A stretch of DNA of 64,000 nucleotides from the NCBI RefSeq assembly GCF_001194135.2, contig NC_068990.1, forward strand, positions 72,968,220 to 73,032,219. Reading direction: 5' to 3'. Numbering within the stretch: the first letter of the stretch is position 1; each line of letters begins with the position of its first letter. Source of the stretch: Octopus bimaculoides. Taxonomy: Eukaryota. Positions 1-13,915 of this stretch are shown here, piece by piece. The notes beneath the pieces were generated by a model. It was not told the DNA's origin. It made no database searches and was given only the letters and a program-made list of their open reading frames with translations. Made by a program: the position numbers and the translations under genes.

Positions 1-150
1 AAAAAAAACGTGTCCTCTTCAAAATGCTAAAATTTTCTCGTAATCATTGCTTGAGGTATTGGTAAAAGTAAAGATAATTTTGAGATTTTTTCCTAGTAAT
101 AATTTCCATTTATGAGCTGTTATCTTGCTATTATTTTTCATTCAAAACCA

Positions 151-350
151 TGGTGGCAAGCTGGCAGAGTGGTTAGGATGCCAAGCAAAATTGTTAGTGG
201 CATTTCATCTATCTTTATGCTCTAAGTTCAAATTCTGTTGAGGTCAGCTTTTCTTTTCATCCTTTAGGAGGTTGATAAAATAAATACCAGTTGAGGATTG
301 GGGGGTCAAAGTAATCAAAAATTGCTGGCCTTGTGCCAAAATTTGAAACT
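151..350 (+). mobile_element. SINE family B (tRNA-like head ggcgagctggcagaatcgttagc) with 21-bp TSD
   Basis: Central gtcgactttgcctttcatcctttcggggtcgataaaataagtacc-like block. TSD attatttttcattcaaaacca (130-150) / attatttctcattcaaagcca (351-371). Confidence 0.85.
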
Positions 351-755
351 ATTATTTCTCATTCAAAGCCAAGATTAAAGTTAGGATCCAAAAGTCACAA
401 TACTAAAATTAGGATCAAAAGGATATATCATTATATTCTGCCTGTTAGCAGTACCAAGATATTTGCATATTTGCAATAGATTTGAACAGATAGCAAAGAT
501 CTGTAAATATGTTTTACCTCTACATATGATTTAAAAAGATATTTTTTTTTAAAAACATGCTTTAAAGTAGGATATAAAAATACCAAAAATGAAAACTTAA
601 AGATATTCTTGTAATCCCAATCCATTTGATACAACAGCTAAGCAGTGCTCATAGTTTTAAAATGAGCATGATTAAAAATTCTATCCACACAGGTTCAACT
701 GCTAACCAACAAGCTCTACAAAAGTTCAAAATCTTCAATAGTTCTTTGTTATTAA

Positions 756-953
756 CCCTATTGTTGCCATATTTCTACTGAAATACACTTTGAAAATAAT
801 GAAGAATTTAGTAAAATAACTCATTATTAAGCTGATGGTTGAACCATAAATTAACATAAAATTTTGATAGGTTTTAATTTCAATCATTTTAAAACAAAAA
901 TTTTTTTTATCATAGAACCAGGGGCAGTTCCAGATGAGTTGGTACTGAAAGAG
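756..953 (+). mobile_element. piggyBac-type MITE, family 2
   Basis: TTAA|ccctattgttgccatatttct ... gaaagag|TTAA. The same 5' end recurs as a fragment at ~40305-40345 (ttaaccctttttgttaccatatttctgtagaaatacac). Confidence 0.65.
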
Positions 954-1072
954 TTAATGGTATGATACAAATGGTTGTTTGGTTGAGATGTGGGAGAAAC
1001 CACTGCATCCCAAACTTTTATGTTCCTTGGAAACATACAACGCATTTATAAGATACCACCAATTGGCAAATA

Positions 1073-1105
<33 letters not shown>

Positions 1106-1562
1106 CATCTAAACAGAATTAATGCTGGAACTTCTTGTAATTTCTAATACAAAAGAGTCTTAACTCCTACTGTGACACTAGTATTTGTCAGTTCTAGTAG
1201 GCAATGGAATTTTTAAAGTTTAATTTTCCTATTTCCCATTTTTCTCAAGAGTACACTAGATTCTAGTATTGTAAATGCTAAATTGGCAACACTGATGTGA
1301 AACCCTACAGTAGGAGTAAAAGTTGTTTGCTACAAATTTAACAAAGTGCAGTTATTAAATTGATAGAGATGTTTTATATATTATAGCAGATAATATAAAG
1401 TTTGGCTTCTACTGTACATTATATTCCAACTCAGCTTAAATTAACATGATTGAAAACAATTCCTACTCATCTGAAATAGTATGCCATCCAATCTAGTATC
1501 AGTCTAAGTTTGATAGCTGGATATTGTCCAGGAAGGCACCCCCACACATGCACATACTCTTA

Positions 1563-1607
<45 letters not shown>

Positions 1608-1723
1608 AAAAGATTCTATGAATACATTCATTACTGATTTGAAAGAAATCTGTATTTTGATTCTCAGTAAGTCTTAAATTCAGCATCACACTGGAATTGC
1701 CCAGTTTAGATTGAAAACATAGT

Positions 1724-1995
1724 ATCATCATCACGATCATCACGATCATCATGATCATCATTTAACATGTTTTCCATGCTGGCATGAGTTGAACGGTTTG
1801 ACAGGAGCTGGCAAGCCAGAGAGAATGCACCAGACTCCAACTGTCTGTTTTGGTTCAGTTTGTACAAGTGGATGCCCTTCCCAACACCAACCACTTTACA
1901 GAGTGTACTGGGTGCTTTTTACATAGCACCAACACAGGTATTTTTCACATGGCACCAGCACAAGAGGTTTTTACAAGGCACCAGCATATATAGCC
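1724..1995 (-). mobile_element. LINE/SINE 3'-tail repeat D with (GAT)n tail
   Basis: catcatttaacatgttttccatgctggcatg...ggatgcccttcccaacaccaaccac; the family recurs throughout the window. Confidence 0.75.
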
Positions 1996-4532
1996 TAACT
2001 GAAACTTCATAATTTATATTATCAATGATATATGAAAGATTCAGTTAAGTTGTATAGGTGAATCTTAATTATTAATGCTATGAATGCAATAGAACAAACA
2101 TTTTACTTAAAGGGTATGCTTCGTAGTATAGTCTCTTTTAGTGTCTAAATTAAAAGGGCTATACATCAAACTGTTCTCAACTTATTCTAATAGCCCTGAT
2201 TAAAAATAACAAGTGAGAGAGAGAGAGAGACAGAGAGAGAGAAAGAGACAGAGAGTGAAATTTTAATTTATAACTGTTGTTGTGATTCTTTGGCCACAAG
2301 TAAGCTCTCATCACACAGACCTAAGATAAGAAATGTTCCAGTCATTATTCCATAATTTTGTTCTTCACATGAACAAAATGCCTTATGTTAAGTAAGAAAG
2401 TAAGTCGAATGACTTGATACAGGGTCCCTCATTGTCTCATAGGAGTCTCTACTTTGATGATTTAGAGGTTGTTATTTAGCCCCAAACTATGGTCAAAAGA
2501 ATTCCAGCTGAAACCATAAAGCTGTTTTCAGAGTACATTATCTAATATTTCAAAGGTGTACCTGTCAGGTAAGTGGTCTGATCTGAGACTTTGTGTCAAA
2601 ACTAAAACAACTGCAGCATTCAAATCAGCCATTCAAAAATACACAAAGATTTAATTTCACTTAAATGTTATTTGGTGCTAAAATTTTCATTGCATCAACC
2701 ACGACCTGGTAACTGACATGATTTTATTGCATTTCTAAAATGGTCTCTGTTTTTAAAACAGCAAGGGAAGGTGAGGTGATATGAGTGAGATTTAGCTGCT
2801 ATTTCTAGCACCTTGCGTGACCATGCAGAAGCTCCCTCACAGTTTGATGATCTGAGTCATACTTGGCTGATGGAATACAACTGTTTGGAAAAGTAATTTC
2901 ATGAATGGGGGATCTAGATACACATGAGTGACAGATATTATCACACATAAAATCAATTACCTCTCCATGAAAACAATAAACAGAATTTTCTAAGGAAGAA
3001 TAAATTAAGTGGAAACATTTAACTTGTTCCAGAGAGGAGGGGGATCAGTTTAAATGAATGGAATTAGAGAGAACTTATGAAAATCTAAGAACTTTTACAC
3101 ACAACCTCAAATAATAAGCTCAGTAGTAATGCATTTATATTTTGCTTGTTTATTTTGTGTACGTATGTAGGTGCATGCAAGAGTGAATGACAATATGTGA
3201 ATAAAAATGAATGTGTAAGACAGCGTTAACATGAATGAGAACACAAATCTGCAGATTTGGGTGGGTATGTGTTAAGGTTTGTAGGAGAGAAAGTGTGTGT
3301 GTGTGTGTGTGTGTGTAAGTGTACATATGTGCCCATGTTCTCTTGTCATGGCAACCTGTGACTATTTGTGACTAATTGTTTAGAATTGTAGAAATGAATA
3401 TTTCTCTTCATTTTATAATACAAGGGCAATATTTTTGACATTAAGAAAAGTTTTATCGAAATACAATTAAGATACTTCTATTTATTTCTTCTTATAATTT
3501 ACTATTTATATGTGAAGAATAGTTTCATAACAACATTCATGGCTGGTAGTTTTTATAAAACAATCTATAAAAATTTATACCAATGACGAAAAGTGATTTT
3601 TAAAACTCGATAACAAAATATATCCGTACAATACAGAAAATTATTTCAATCAGAATGATTAACATTGTTTAAGTACAAGCTATTTCCCAGAGTTATTTTC
3701 AGCACTTACGCAGGCATGCGCACATGCAAAGGAAAGGAAAAATCTTTCAGAATTAGCTTATAATGTAAAAATAAATGAGCTTAGATAGGATTTATCTCGG
3801 AGAAATTAATAAATGGACATTTTAAAAATAAATGCAACTTTACAGTTGTCTTTAATGAGTAATTATCAGGCTGAAATATTTGAATAGAAATTTTAATGAG
3901 TAATGTGTAGATGATATTATACTACTTTCAATTAACTGGCAATATTTTTTTTATTTTTCATACATTCTTCTCTCTTCTCACAGTTGCAAACATATATGGA
4001 TAGATGCAGAAATATATAATCAGAGGAATTTCCATAAAATAATGAATGTGATGATTGCTTTAAGCCTGATAACTGAACAGAAAAGAAAGTGAAAGAAATA
4101 TAAAACAGGTTAAAAATCAACATAAGGACTGATGAATTCATATAGATTTGCGTGCTAGCATTTCAGATATTGTTAAAATAGAGTGGAATCAAGTTATTAG
4201 CTTTCAATCTGGCCATTAGAAATGAATAGAGAGAAAATGCACACATGTGTTTGTGTGAGTATGTATACACACACACACACATGCATACATGCAACTCAAC
4301 CTTCTCTCCACTTATCCCCCCCCCCCATTCACAGAATCATGCTGCCTGCATAACTAGGTATGGTGGTAGATTTTGCCTAAGCACTGTACTATGGTACCAT
4401 ATGTAAACATACACATACATATGCACATATACACACACACATATATATACAAATATGCATATACATATATACACACATATATATACATATACATATATGC
4501 ACATATACACATATATACACACACACACACAT

Positions 4533-4565
<33 letters not shown>

Positions 4566-5399
4566 GACAAGGCTTTGTTTGAGAAAATTGTAAGTAAAGC
4601 ACAATGAAAAAGTTGATAAACAGTGAGTTAACTCTAGTAATCTTACACATATTGCTAGTAAAAACAAAAGCAATACAAAAATGTATATATCGTTTAAAAG
4701 ATTAATTATCAAAATAAGTTATTAAAAAACGATTTTCATTGAAATAAAAATATTCTAGAGCCACACACATACACAGATATTAGCTAGCAGATATAATGAA
4801 CATCATGTATGAACTATTCTGTTAAGAGGTTTCTTGCTGTGATTATATACTAATGAGAGATGAAGCAAGTAATAATTGTACACGATGAAAGTAATATAAG
4901 TTTTTCAAGTATCCGTTTGTGACAATGATACCAGCTCAATACTTTGATTTACTGATCATAAGAAATTCATCTTTGAAGTTAACCATAACCCTTTATTATA
5001 AAAATTCTTTTATCTGAACACAATACCTTTACTTACTCATTATCTATATGAAGTTCACTGCTAATAGGAAATGGGCATGCAGAATCAGTGATATATGGAA
5101 GTGGGGTAACAAGAGTATTCAAAAGGATACATGTTGAAATAAATTTGATCACAATGTACAAACAGAAAAAGAAAAAAAGTGATTTGATAAGATTAATTTG
5201 TCTAAGTGAAGAAGTGAATTAAAATGCTCTTCTGAAACAGCTTTCCATCATGGAATGGTTGATAAGAATTAGAGCTGCTTAGTTAAAAAAAACTCTCCTT
5301 CAGTTCATCATCAATTGTAAAATGTAATCTTGTATGTCAATATCTGGCTCAGCAAGTCTGCAAAACAGAATATTCCAATGTGTTCCTCTCAGTACCATC

Positions 5400-5690
5400 T
5401 CAACAAAAAGCCAAAGACACTAAAACCTAACTACTACAGTGGCATTGAGAAGTCACAGCCTTGGTACCATGAATATGTGATTTGAATGTTGAAAGAAAGA
5501 ATCACAAGACAGATTCTTCAAGCTGAGCTAACCAACAGGAGGTCTGAGAGCAGACTAAGAATGAGATGGTTCGATAATATCCATAGTCTCAGTTGTTCAT
5601 GCTTAAGAATCCAGTCAGAAAATCGAATCTTGGTTGCTTTTGATAGGACCCTATGGAGGTGGTGCCTGAGCACTGTGCCTACACAATCCT
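5400..5690 (+). mobile_element. RTE-clade LINE 3' coding fragment
   Basis: RQILQAELTNRRSESRLRMRWFDNI resembles the RTE ILEGKxxGRRxRGRPRMRWxDNI motif. Confidence 0.6.
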
Positions 5691-5888
5691 TCCAGGAATA
5701 GGGTATAGAAGATGGATGGATAGATAAATGCCAATGCACAATAAGCATGTTATTCGTTACCCAGGTCAACCCTCTGGCTGCCTTCGGTGAACTCCATGCT
5801 GCTCGTTAGAAATAAATACCAGAGCACATTTTAACAAGTGCTCTACTACTTTTGCCATGAGGGTAAAGAAACCATGTGATTATACAAA

Positions 5889-6153
5889 GAGAGTTTCTCT
5901 CTGAGGCACAAGTTTGGGCAAGGTTGTTTTTATGGAAGACCAGCAGTCACCCATGCATATCAGCCTCCCCTCTCCACATCACCAATGGTGTCCAAGGGAA
6001 AGCCAAAGGCCAATACAGCTTTGAACCAGCTGAGTGAACTGGTGCATGAAATAAAGTGTTTTGCTCAAGAACACAACACACAGCCTGATCTAGGAATTGA
6101 ACTCACAACCTCATGACTGTGAGCCTACCGCTCTAACCACTGAGCCATGCGTC
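5889..6153 (-). mobile_element. SINE family C (tRNA-like head, CORE-like body)
   Basis: Minus strand gcatggctcagtggttagagcggtaggc (A box) ... gagttcaattcc (B box) ... gttcttgagcaaaacactttatttca. Confidence 0.8.
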
Positions 6154-6238
6154 TTTTGCCACTATTACCTTTAATAATATTCAATTTCAACATGGCAACA
6201 TCGGCATGTGATCTCAATATTTAGGAGTAGGGTATTAA

Positions 6239-6457
6239 CCCTTTAGCATTTAAACTGGCCATATCCAACCCAAATATTCTATTTGTTTATGTTCACACTA
6301 GCCAGATTCAGTCTCTCACACCTACCCTTTCATATCATTCTGAAAATAAGCAATCACATCATCAAAATTTCAAAACCATAAGATAATATATGGTTAATTC
6401 AAAACAATGTAAACAAAAAAGCATTACATTTGATAGTGTAATCTGAATGCTAAAGGG
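6239..6457 (+). mobile_element. piggyBac-type MITE, family 1
   Basis: TTAA at 6235-6238 and 6458-6461; 12-bp perfect TIR CCCTTTAGCATT. Confidence 0.85.
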
Positions 6458-7350
6458 TTAAACTGTAACTGACACCAGTACTTGGCCAGTACTTGTTTAA
6501 TTGACTCTAGAAGACTGAAAGCCAAAAGTCAACTCTGGTAGGATTAGAACTCAGAATGGAAAACATTGTAATTACCAGAAGGTATTTAGTCTGACATGCC
6601 ATCATTTCTTCTGGTTTCTAACAGAATACAAGAAGGGGAGGGGAAATTAGACATTTAAGTCTCCTAAGTTTTATTATTGTAATAATAGAAAATAGCATTA
6701 ATGGGATTTTAATTAATGAAGGTTACTTGCCATTTAAGGATTTTTTGAAACCCAATGATCTACCAACTTAGCTAGGCAGAATCACGAGATTGCCAGACAA
6801 AACACCCTCACTAAACAAAATGGGTTCAAATCCTGCTGAGGTTAACTTTGTTGTTCATCCTTCTGGGATTATTAAAATATTAGCTTTCAAATAAGCAATT
6901 GTTTCCTCTCTCAAAAATCTACTTTGCAAGAAATGTTTTAAGGGAATTTTGTTTTTAAAATTATTTGACAATTTTTCCAGGCTTTCATGGATGGGATAGG
7001 ATAACTTTTGATAGAGTAATTACTTTTAGAGTTAAAATCCTCTCCTACAACTAATCAACCATGAAATAAATAAGGAACCTTTGCTTTTTTTGTTTGTTTT
7101 TTCTTCCCCTTTCTCTTATTTATTCAGGCAAATGGTGTTCCTCAAAACCTCATTACAATGAATGTGGTATTGTTTGGACTTAAGATTACATGCTCAGTAG
7201 ACTAGGATGTAAACATCAGGATTATTATGTTCCTTCTGTATACCAATAACAATGATAAAAGAAACTGAAGAATTCTTCCTCTTTACAAATTTAAATGTAG
7301 AATATCAGATATAAATGTGTGTGCATGTACATGTAATGTGTGTGTGTTTT

Positions 7351-7493
7351 GTGGGTTAGCTTGCTTACCAACCACATGATTCCGGATTCAGTCCCACTGT
7401 ATGGTACCTTGGGCAAGTATCTTCTACTATAGCCTCGGGCTGACCAAAGCCTTGTGAGTGGATTTGGTAGATGGAAACTGAAAGAAGCCTGTC

Positions 7494-7553
<60 letters not shown>

Positions 7554-7778
7554 GCATATATGTATTTATGTATCTGTGTTTGTCCCCCCACCACCACCAC
7601 CATCGCTTGACAACCAATGTTGGTGTGTTTACATCTCTGTAACTTAGCGGTTCGGCAAAAGAGACCAATAGAATAAGTACTAGGCTTACAAAGAATAAGT
7701 CCTTGGGTTGATTTCTTCGACTAAAGGCGGTGCTCCAGCATGGCTGCAGTCAAATGACTGAAACAAATAAAAGAATAT
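7351..7778 (+). mobile_element. SINE family A (tRNA-like head, gccttgtgagtggatttggtagatggaaactgaaagaagcc core, internal (TA)n)
   Basis: B-box-like ggattcagtccc; conserved core; tail gcggtgctccagcatggctgcagtcaaatgactgaaac. Confidence 0.85.
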
Positions 7779-8757
7779 ACACACGCACATACATATATAT
7801 GGAATGTATTCGCGCTATTCATTAAATTGCATAGTATCGATTGAGTATGCATGCCAAAGAAAAAGAAAATAATTTTAGGAAACATATTACAATGTAATTA
7901 AATCTCTAATTGGCAGGATTCTGATCAATGAAATTAAATTTCAGCAGTAAACGTATACAAAATAACATTCTGAATTCAGTGTAGATGATTTCAAAATACC
8001 ATCACTCTTTATCAATATTTGCCAGTAAGAAGAAATATTTAATTAGCATATTAATATTTAAACATATGGCAGCCATTACAGAAGCGCTTAAAGATATGAA
8101 ACTAAGATTGTGCCTGTCTATTTTCATCTGAATTTGTGTGGGGCTAGAACAATAAACTGTAAAAGAAAGGAAAAAAATTGTTTTGTTGTTTTTTTTAACA
8201 ATCCAAAATTCAGTTTTCTTTCGCAGTATGTGAGTGGCATGGGGCTTCCTTTTTAATTATTTTTACAAAAACATACTAATGGAGAAAGTTTTTTTTTTTT
8301 TTGCTAATGTGTATTTATTCGTGTGTGGCCATACTCAGGATGGCATAACTAAAGTCACTTATGTCTAGTTATTGTCCAAGCTAACTGATGCATAACAAAC
8401 AGTTTAAAATCACTATAATAATGTTTCTTTTTTTTTTCTATGATAGTGATAACATATTAAATGTTCATTATATTTCATTAGTACACCCATGTCAGGGGTT
8501 GTATTGAATAAACTTGTTTACAATTTTACTAACACAGCAAAGAGACTCAAAACTAAAAGATAACACTGAAACGGAAACAAGCAAACTGATGAAATGTACT
8601 TCATTACTATTTAAGTGCTGTTGTGTATCTTAGATTATATAAATACACTGCTACAAAAAAAAAACATAAATTTCATAAAATTTTATTTGGTTCAATAACT
8701 AGCTATAATAGGTAATAACACAAAAATGCTCCAGCAATATATCTTTTAATATGTATG

Positions 8758-8791
<34 letters not shown>

Positions 8792-8795
<4 letters not shown>

Positions 8796-8947
8796 TCTGA
8801 GTGGTTGGCGTTAGGAAGGGCATCCAGCTGTAGAAACTCTGCCAAATCAGATTGGAGCCTGGTGTTGCCATCCGGTTTCACCAGTCCTCAGTCAAATCGT
8901 CCAACCCATGCTAGCATGGAAAGCGGACGTTAAACGATGATGATGAT
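8792..8947 (+). mobile_element. Tail repeat D
   Basis: gtggttggcgttaggaagggcatccagctgtagaaac...ggacgttaaacgatgatgatgat. Confidence 0.8.
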
Positions 8948-9439
8948 ATATATATATATAATGTTAAAATTGCCACAATTGATGAAAACTAGTCCGAGAG
9001 AACACTTCACTTCAGCTACATAATTTCAACTTCACTCTGAATAAGTAAAGTATTTCAGGAACAGAAGCATTTTTTTCATTCAGTTTACGTTCAACATTTC
9101 AATAATGACAGTATTTATAAATTATCCTTAGTCATTATTATAAATTAAATCTTCAAATCAAATAAATTGAAATAGTACTTTGTGTAATGAAAGTATTTGT
9201 ATTCTAATAAAAGTATTTTAAGAACGGCAGATATTTCATTAATGATCATATTCAGATAAGAATATTTACACATTTTGATTATGAAAGTAATACATTCCGG
9301 CTTTCCATACTAAAATTTGACAACAATAATACCATTGGACAAATGTTTGCAAAATGTGTTGTTAAGGCACTGTTTTACACCTCTTAGTTAGTTAGTTAGT
9401 TAATTAGTTATTAGTTAGTCAGTCAGTTAGTTCTCTACA

Positions 9440-9725
9440 TGCCATGGGGCATAGAAGGCTGCAACTCAATCTCTCCAACCATCTTTGCTTTCTGTCACTG
9501 TTCTGGTTTCATTCGAGCTTCTCCACCTTTCTCGTCTCCTTTCTTTGTCAATGGTCCTTCGCCATATGGTTTTAAGGTGTCCTGCTACAGCTCTTTGCTC
9601 CTTAGGTTTCCATTTTGGTGCTATCATACAATTGCTTTCTCGATCTTGTCTAAGGATATGTCTGATCCAGACCCAATGTCTGCTTTTCTTATTTTCTCAC
9701 CGATTCTGTTGATGCCCATTGCCAG
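9440..9725 (-). mobile_element. RTE-clade LINE 3' coding fragment
   Basis: Minus strand KSRHWVWIRHILRQDRESNCMIAPKWKPKEQRAVAGHLKTIWRRTIDKE resembles the RTE C-terminal RRWRWIGHxLR...WxP.GKR.RGRPKTTWRRT motif. Confidence 0.75.
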
Positions 9726-9885
9726 GTGGTGGTGTTAAATCAGGCAGCACGTTAAGTCTACTACCCAACTGAGCTTTTGATCTATCCACTGCTAATAAAA
9801 TAAGAATGAGTATCATACAGATTGAACAGATATACAAAAAAGGAAACAGTAGTGTTGAACTTGACTGAAAGTAAGCAGTACTACT

Positions 9886-10100
9886 GGTTTCAAATTTTAG
9901 CACAAGGTCAGCAATTTCAGGGGAGCAGTTAAATCAATTATATCAACCCCAATGCTCAACTGGAACTTATTTTATCAACCTTGAAAGGATGAAAGGCAAA
10001 GCTGACCTCAGCAGAATTTGAACTCAGAACATAAAGACAGATAAAATGCCACTAAGCATTTTGCCTGGCATGCTAACAATTCTGCCAACCTCACTGCCTT
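9886..10100 (-). mobile_element. SINE family B
   Basis: Near full-length reverse complement of the family B consensus seen elsewhere in the window. Confidence 0.85.
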
Positions 10101-11078
10101 AACACAAGCAGCAGTATCAGTGATACACTGTTTTTAGTTTGAATTAAGAGAACAGTCAACTCAATTTTCATTCTGTAGTTCAATCATGTAAATCTTTCAG
10201 TAAGTTTTTATTCCTCTCTTTCCTTCACTTACATAGTATAATATTTATGTTTCTGTGCTTTCACTAAAAGTGTATTAGAAACATTTAAGAGAGTGACTTT
10301 CATTCTTATAACTGCATCAAAGTATAATTTATTTTACAATATTTGATATACATATAGGAATAAATATATTAGTAGGTGTTAGGTTTAAAGTGGAACAAAA
10401 TGCCACCACACTTTATAACTACAACAAAAAGAGAAAACAAAACAATTAGATTTCAAAATATTTTGTTAAAAGCTATACACCTTACCTAATGAAAATATAT
10501 TAGTTTGACTAGAAAAATATAAGTGATTTCGTGTTTAACTTTTTATTGCTTAACACAAAAACAACTAATGATTGATCATTTGAAAATATATTTGTCTCAA
10601 AAAAAAAGAAAAACGAAAGAGAAAAGAAAATTTGATTTCCACCAATAATAATAATTCTATGAAAAATGAACAACCTTATTCTTAATTTCACAAATATAAG
10701 TTAAATGAAATAAATTGATTTGGAAATGAAACAATAATTGCCCTGCCAACAAAATATATCAAGTTAAATAATGCAGTTTACAAAATTAAATTACAAATAT
10801 TCTCAGGACAGGAAACAAATAACGATGTATACAAATGCTTACAAATAAACAAACAAAAAATAAATAAATTAACTTCAGCAGTAAAACTGCAAAAATATCT
10901 TAATTACAGAACACTCCATTAACAACGTTTATATAAAAACAATTCCAGAAAATTCCAAATATCGCTGACATATGACTGCAAATTCTAGTTCAGACTTTCT
11001 ATTATTTACACTAGAGTTTTAAAATCAATTCTTAAAAACACTGTCATATATATACACATATATATATATATATATATA

Positions 11079-11480
11079 NNNNNNNNNNNNNNNNNNNNNN
11101 NNNNNNNNNNNNNNNNNNNNNNNNNNNNNNNNNNNNNNNNNNNNNNNNNNNNNNNNNNNNNNNNNNNNNNNNNNNNNNNNNNNNNNNNNNNNNNNNNNNN
11201 NNNNNNNNNNNNNNNNNNNNNNNNNNNNNNNNNNNNNNNNNNNNNNNNNNNNNNNNNNNNNNNNNNNNNNNNNNNNNNNNNNNNNNNNNNNNNNNNNNNN
11301 NNNNNNNNNNNNNNNNNNNNNNNNNNNNNNNNNNNNNNNNNNNNNNNNNNNNNNNNNNNNNNNNNNNNNNNNNNNNNNNNNNNNNNNNNNNNNNNNNNNN
11401 NNNNNNNNNNNNNNNNNNNNNNNNNNNNNNNNNNNNNNNNNNNNNNNNNNNNNNNNNNNNNNNNNNNNNNNNNNNNNNNN
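11079..11480. other. Assembly gap (N run)
   Basis: 402 N; further 10-N gaps at 26404-26413, 47252-47261 and 53248-53257. Confidence 1.
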
Positions 11481-12000
11481 GCTCCAGGTTCAGTCCCACT
11501 GTGTGACACTTTGGGCAAGTGTCTTCTACTATAGCCATGGGCCAACCAAAGCTTTGTGAGTGGATTTGATAGACGGAAACTGAAAGAAGGATATAGGGGA
11601 AGTGGGAGTGGTTTTGTTTATGTTCCTGTTCCTTTTTTGACATTCTGTACCCAGATATGCATCTATATATACATGTAGATGTAGGTATGTACATATATGT
11701 ATGTGTACATGCATATGCTCATATATCATTTGTATTATTATATACATATACATAAATATATATATATATATGTATATATTTATGTATCTTTGAGTCTGTG
11801 ATTGTCCCCCCCCCCTCCCACCATTGATTGACAACCAATGTTGGTGTGTTTACATCCCCATAACGTAGCAGTTTAACAAAAGAGACTGATAGAATAAGTA
11901 CCAGACTTAGAAAGAAAAAGTCCTGGGGTTGATATCTTCAACTAAAAGGTGGTGCTCCTGCATGGCCACACCCAAATGAATGAAAGAATAAAAGAATATA
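11481..12000 (+). mobile_element. SINE family A (5' end in assembly gap); extra tail fragment at ~12100-12250
   Basis: Same core and tail as 7351-7778. Confidence 0.8.
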
Positions 12001-12018
12001 CAGAATGACCTCCCAAAA

Positions 12019-12050
<32 letters not shown>

Positions 12051-13915
12051 GTGTATGTGTGTGTGTGTGTGTGTACGTGTGTGTGTGCGTGTGTGTGTGT
12101 TTATGTTACTCAGAACAGTGGTTTGGCAAACAGAGATCAATAAAATAAGTACCAGACTGAAACAGTTGGGCTGATAATGATCAACTAAAATCATTAAAAG
12201 TGGTGCCCCAGTATGGCCACAGTATAATGACTGAAACTAGTTGAGGAATAAATATATTAGCTGGAATAAATTTCAGACTTAATATTAGTAAGTATAAAGG
12301 CCATTAGATTAATATGCCTGATGATGTCAACAACACAAGATAAAATACACTAGTTTTCGTAGTTTGGTAAACAGTTTTCAGATGTAGATCAAAGCTGCTG
12401 ATTAAATAAAAAGGTAATATTCAAATAGAACTATGAAGCCTTTCGATTACATCAAAATACGAAAGCAATTAAAATTATGAAAAAGACAATTTCAATTGAC
12501 ATATAAACTTCAAAACCTTAATAAATTTGCAGATATTTCATGTTAAGCCTAACTACAAAGATTTTAATTTCAGTACATTAACTTCCAACTATTAAAATGT
12601 TTCCCTTTTAGCTACAATGTAACCAATTAGAGAAGTTATATGTACAAAAATAAGGTGAGTGGGGTAATGTGATGATAAACTTGAAAATGTGTAAAAATTA
12701 TTAAAAAAAAAAAAATTAAATAAATTATCAAATATATATAGGGTTTTCCACACGTAGACAACAAATATGTTGAGCATTTTTATTTCATCTATTTACTAAT
12801 TTATAATGTGTGAAATTATGAGGGGAAAATGGGTAATATAGAAGGCTTTATTTGTCAATTTAAAAAACAAAACACACATCAAGAATGATTTTGTTCATTA
12901 AATTTCATAAATCTTGAAACTTATTCATGAACTGAAAAACCACAGGCTGAATCATTACTGGATAAAAATGCAACACTTGACATTATGGTGTTTTAAATCA
13001 TCTCCCTCTCTTTCTCATTTCTGTTCATCATTTATTTCTCTTTCCCTCACATCTTTTATCAGCTTCCATTTCTCTCCTTTTTTTACTTCACCCCTTTACA
13101 TTTCCCTTTTTCCCCCTCAACTCAGTCATTTCCCAGCCTCCCTCATTCCTCTCTCTCACTTCACTTCATCTCTCACTCTATTCCACTATGGTTATTAAAA
13201 AGCCATAATAAACTGACCTTTTTTTTATGCAAAAACGCACAAAATATAAAAGATCACAACATTTAGAAAATAATGCTTTCAAACTGAAGATCCTTACAGA
13301 ATGAGTATAGCAACATTACCTACTCTCACTCAAAATTAAAACAAAGTTCAAATACAGCTCAAATATTTTTTCCAGCTGTTATTTCTAATTAAGATCTCCA
13401 GCTTTAGTGAATTTTTTTGACCACCATTGAAATAAGGCTAACAAATAGAACAAGTAATAATGATGCTATAACATAGATATACTTACTGAGTGTATCCCTT
13501 TTAAGAAAAGGCACACAATTTCCCATGTGTCATAAGGGGCATCTAAAAGTGTTGGCAACAGGACAGGTACCTGGCTGTAAAACACTACCTCTGAAAAACC
13601 ATCTAACTAATGCCAGCATGGGAAACTGGAAGTAAAACACTGATGGTGATGAATGATATCACAAATAGGAGCGATAAAGTAACTTGGAAAACCATATAAC
13701 AAATCTAAAAACCAATTGTAATACATCTAATAAAAGCAAAAAAGAAAAATGTAATTTCAAAAATTGTTAGGTTGCAATATTCTAAGACTTAATTCTTCAA
13801 TTCCATGTTATGATGGGTTGAAAATAGTTTGCAAAAGTAATCTAACTGCAGTTTAATTGTATTGGCACATTAGAAATGCTTAAAGTTAACTGATTCTACA
13901 TTATCGTATCTACAT

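Noticed and set aside
1163-1317. 11-bp inverted repeat actcctactgt / acagtaggagt
   Set aside because: A few such pairs are expected by chance in a window of this size; no TSD.
3340-3354. RFX X-box-like tcttgtcatggcaac
   Set aside because: Single imperfect motif with no promoter evidence.
5889-6153. tRNA-like A and B boxes here and in other SINE heads
   Set aside because: They are SINE 5' regions without a complete cloverleaf, so not called as tRNA genes.
8586-8605. CTGATGA followed by a short stem; similar cases at ~4131 and ~53086
   Set aside because: No GAAA or stem III follows, so not hammerheads.
10179-10199. Possible 21-nt micro-exon (ctgtag|TTCAATCATGTAAATCTTTCA|gtaagt)
   Set aside because: Good splice signals but no gene context; expected by chance in 64 kb. 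Only junction reads could rescue it.
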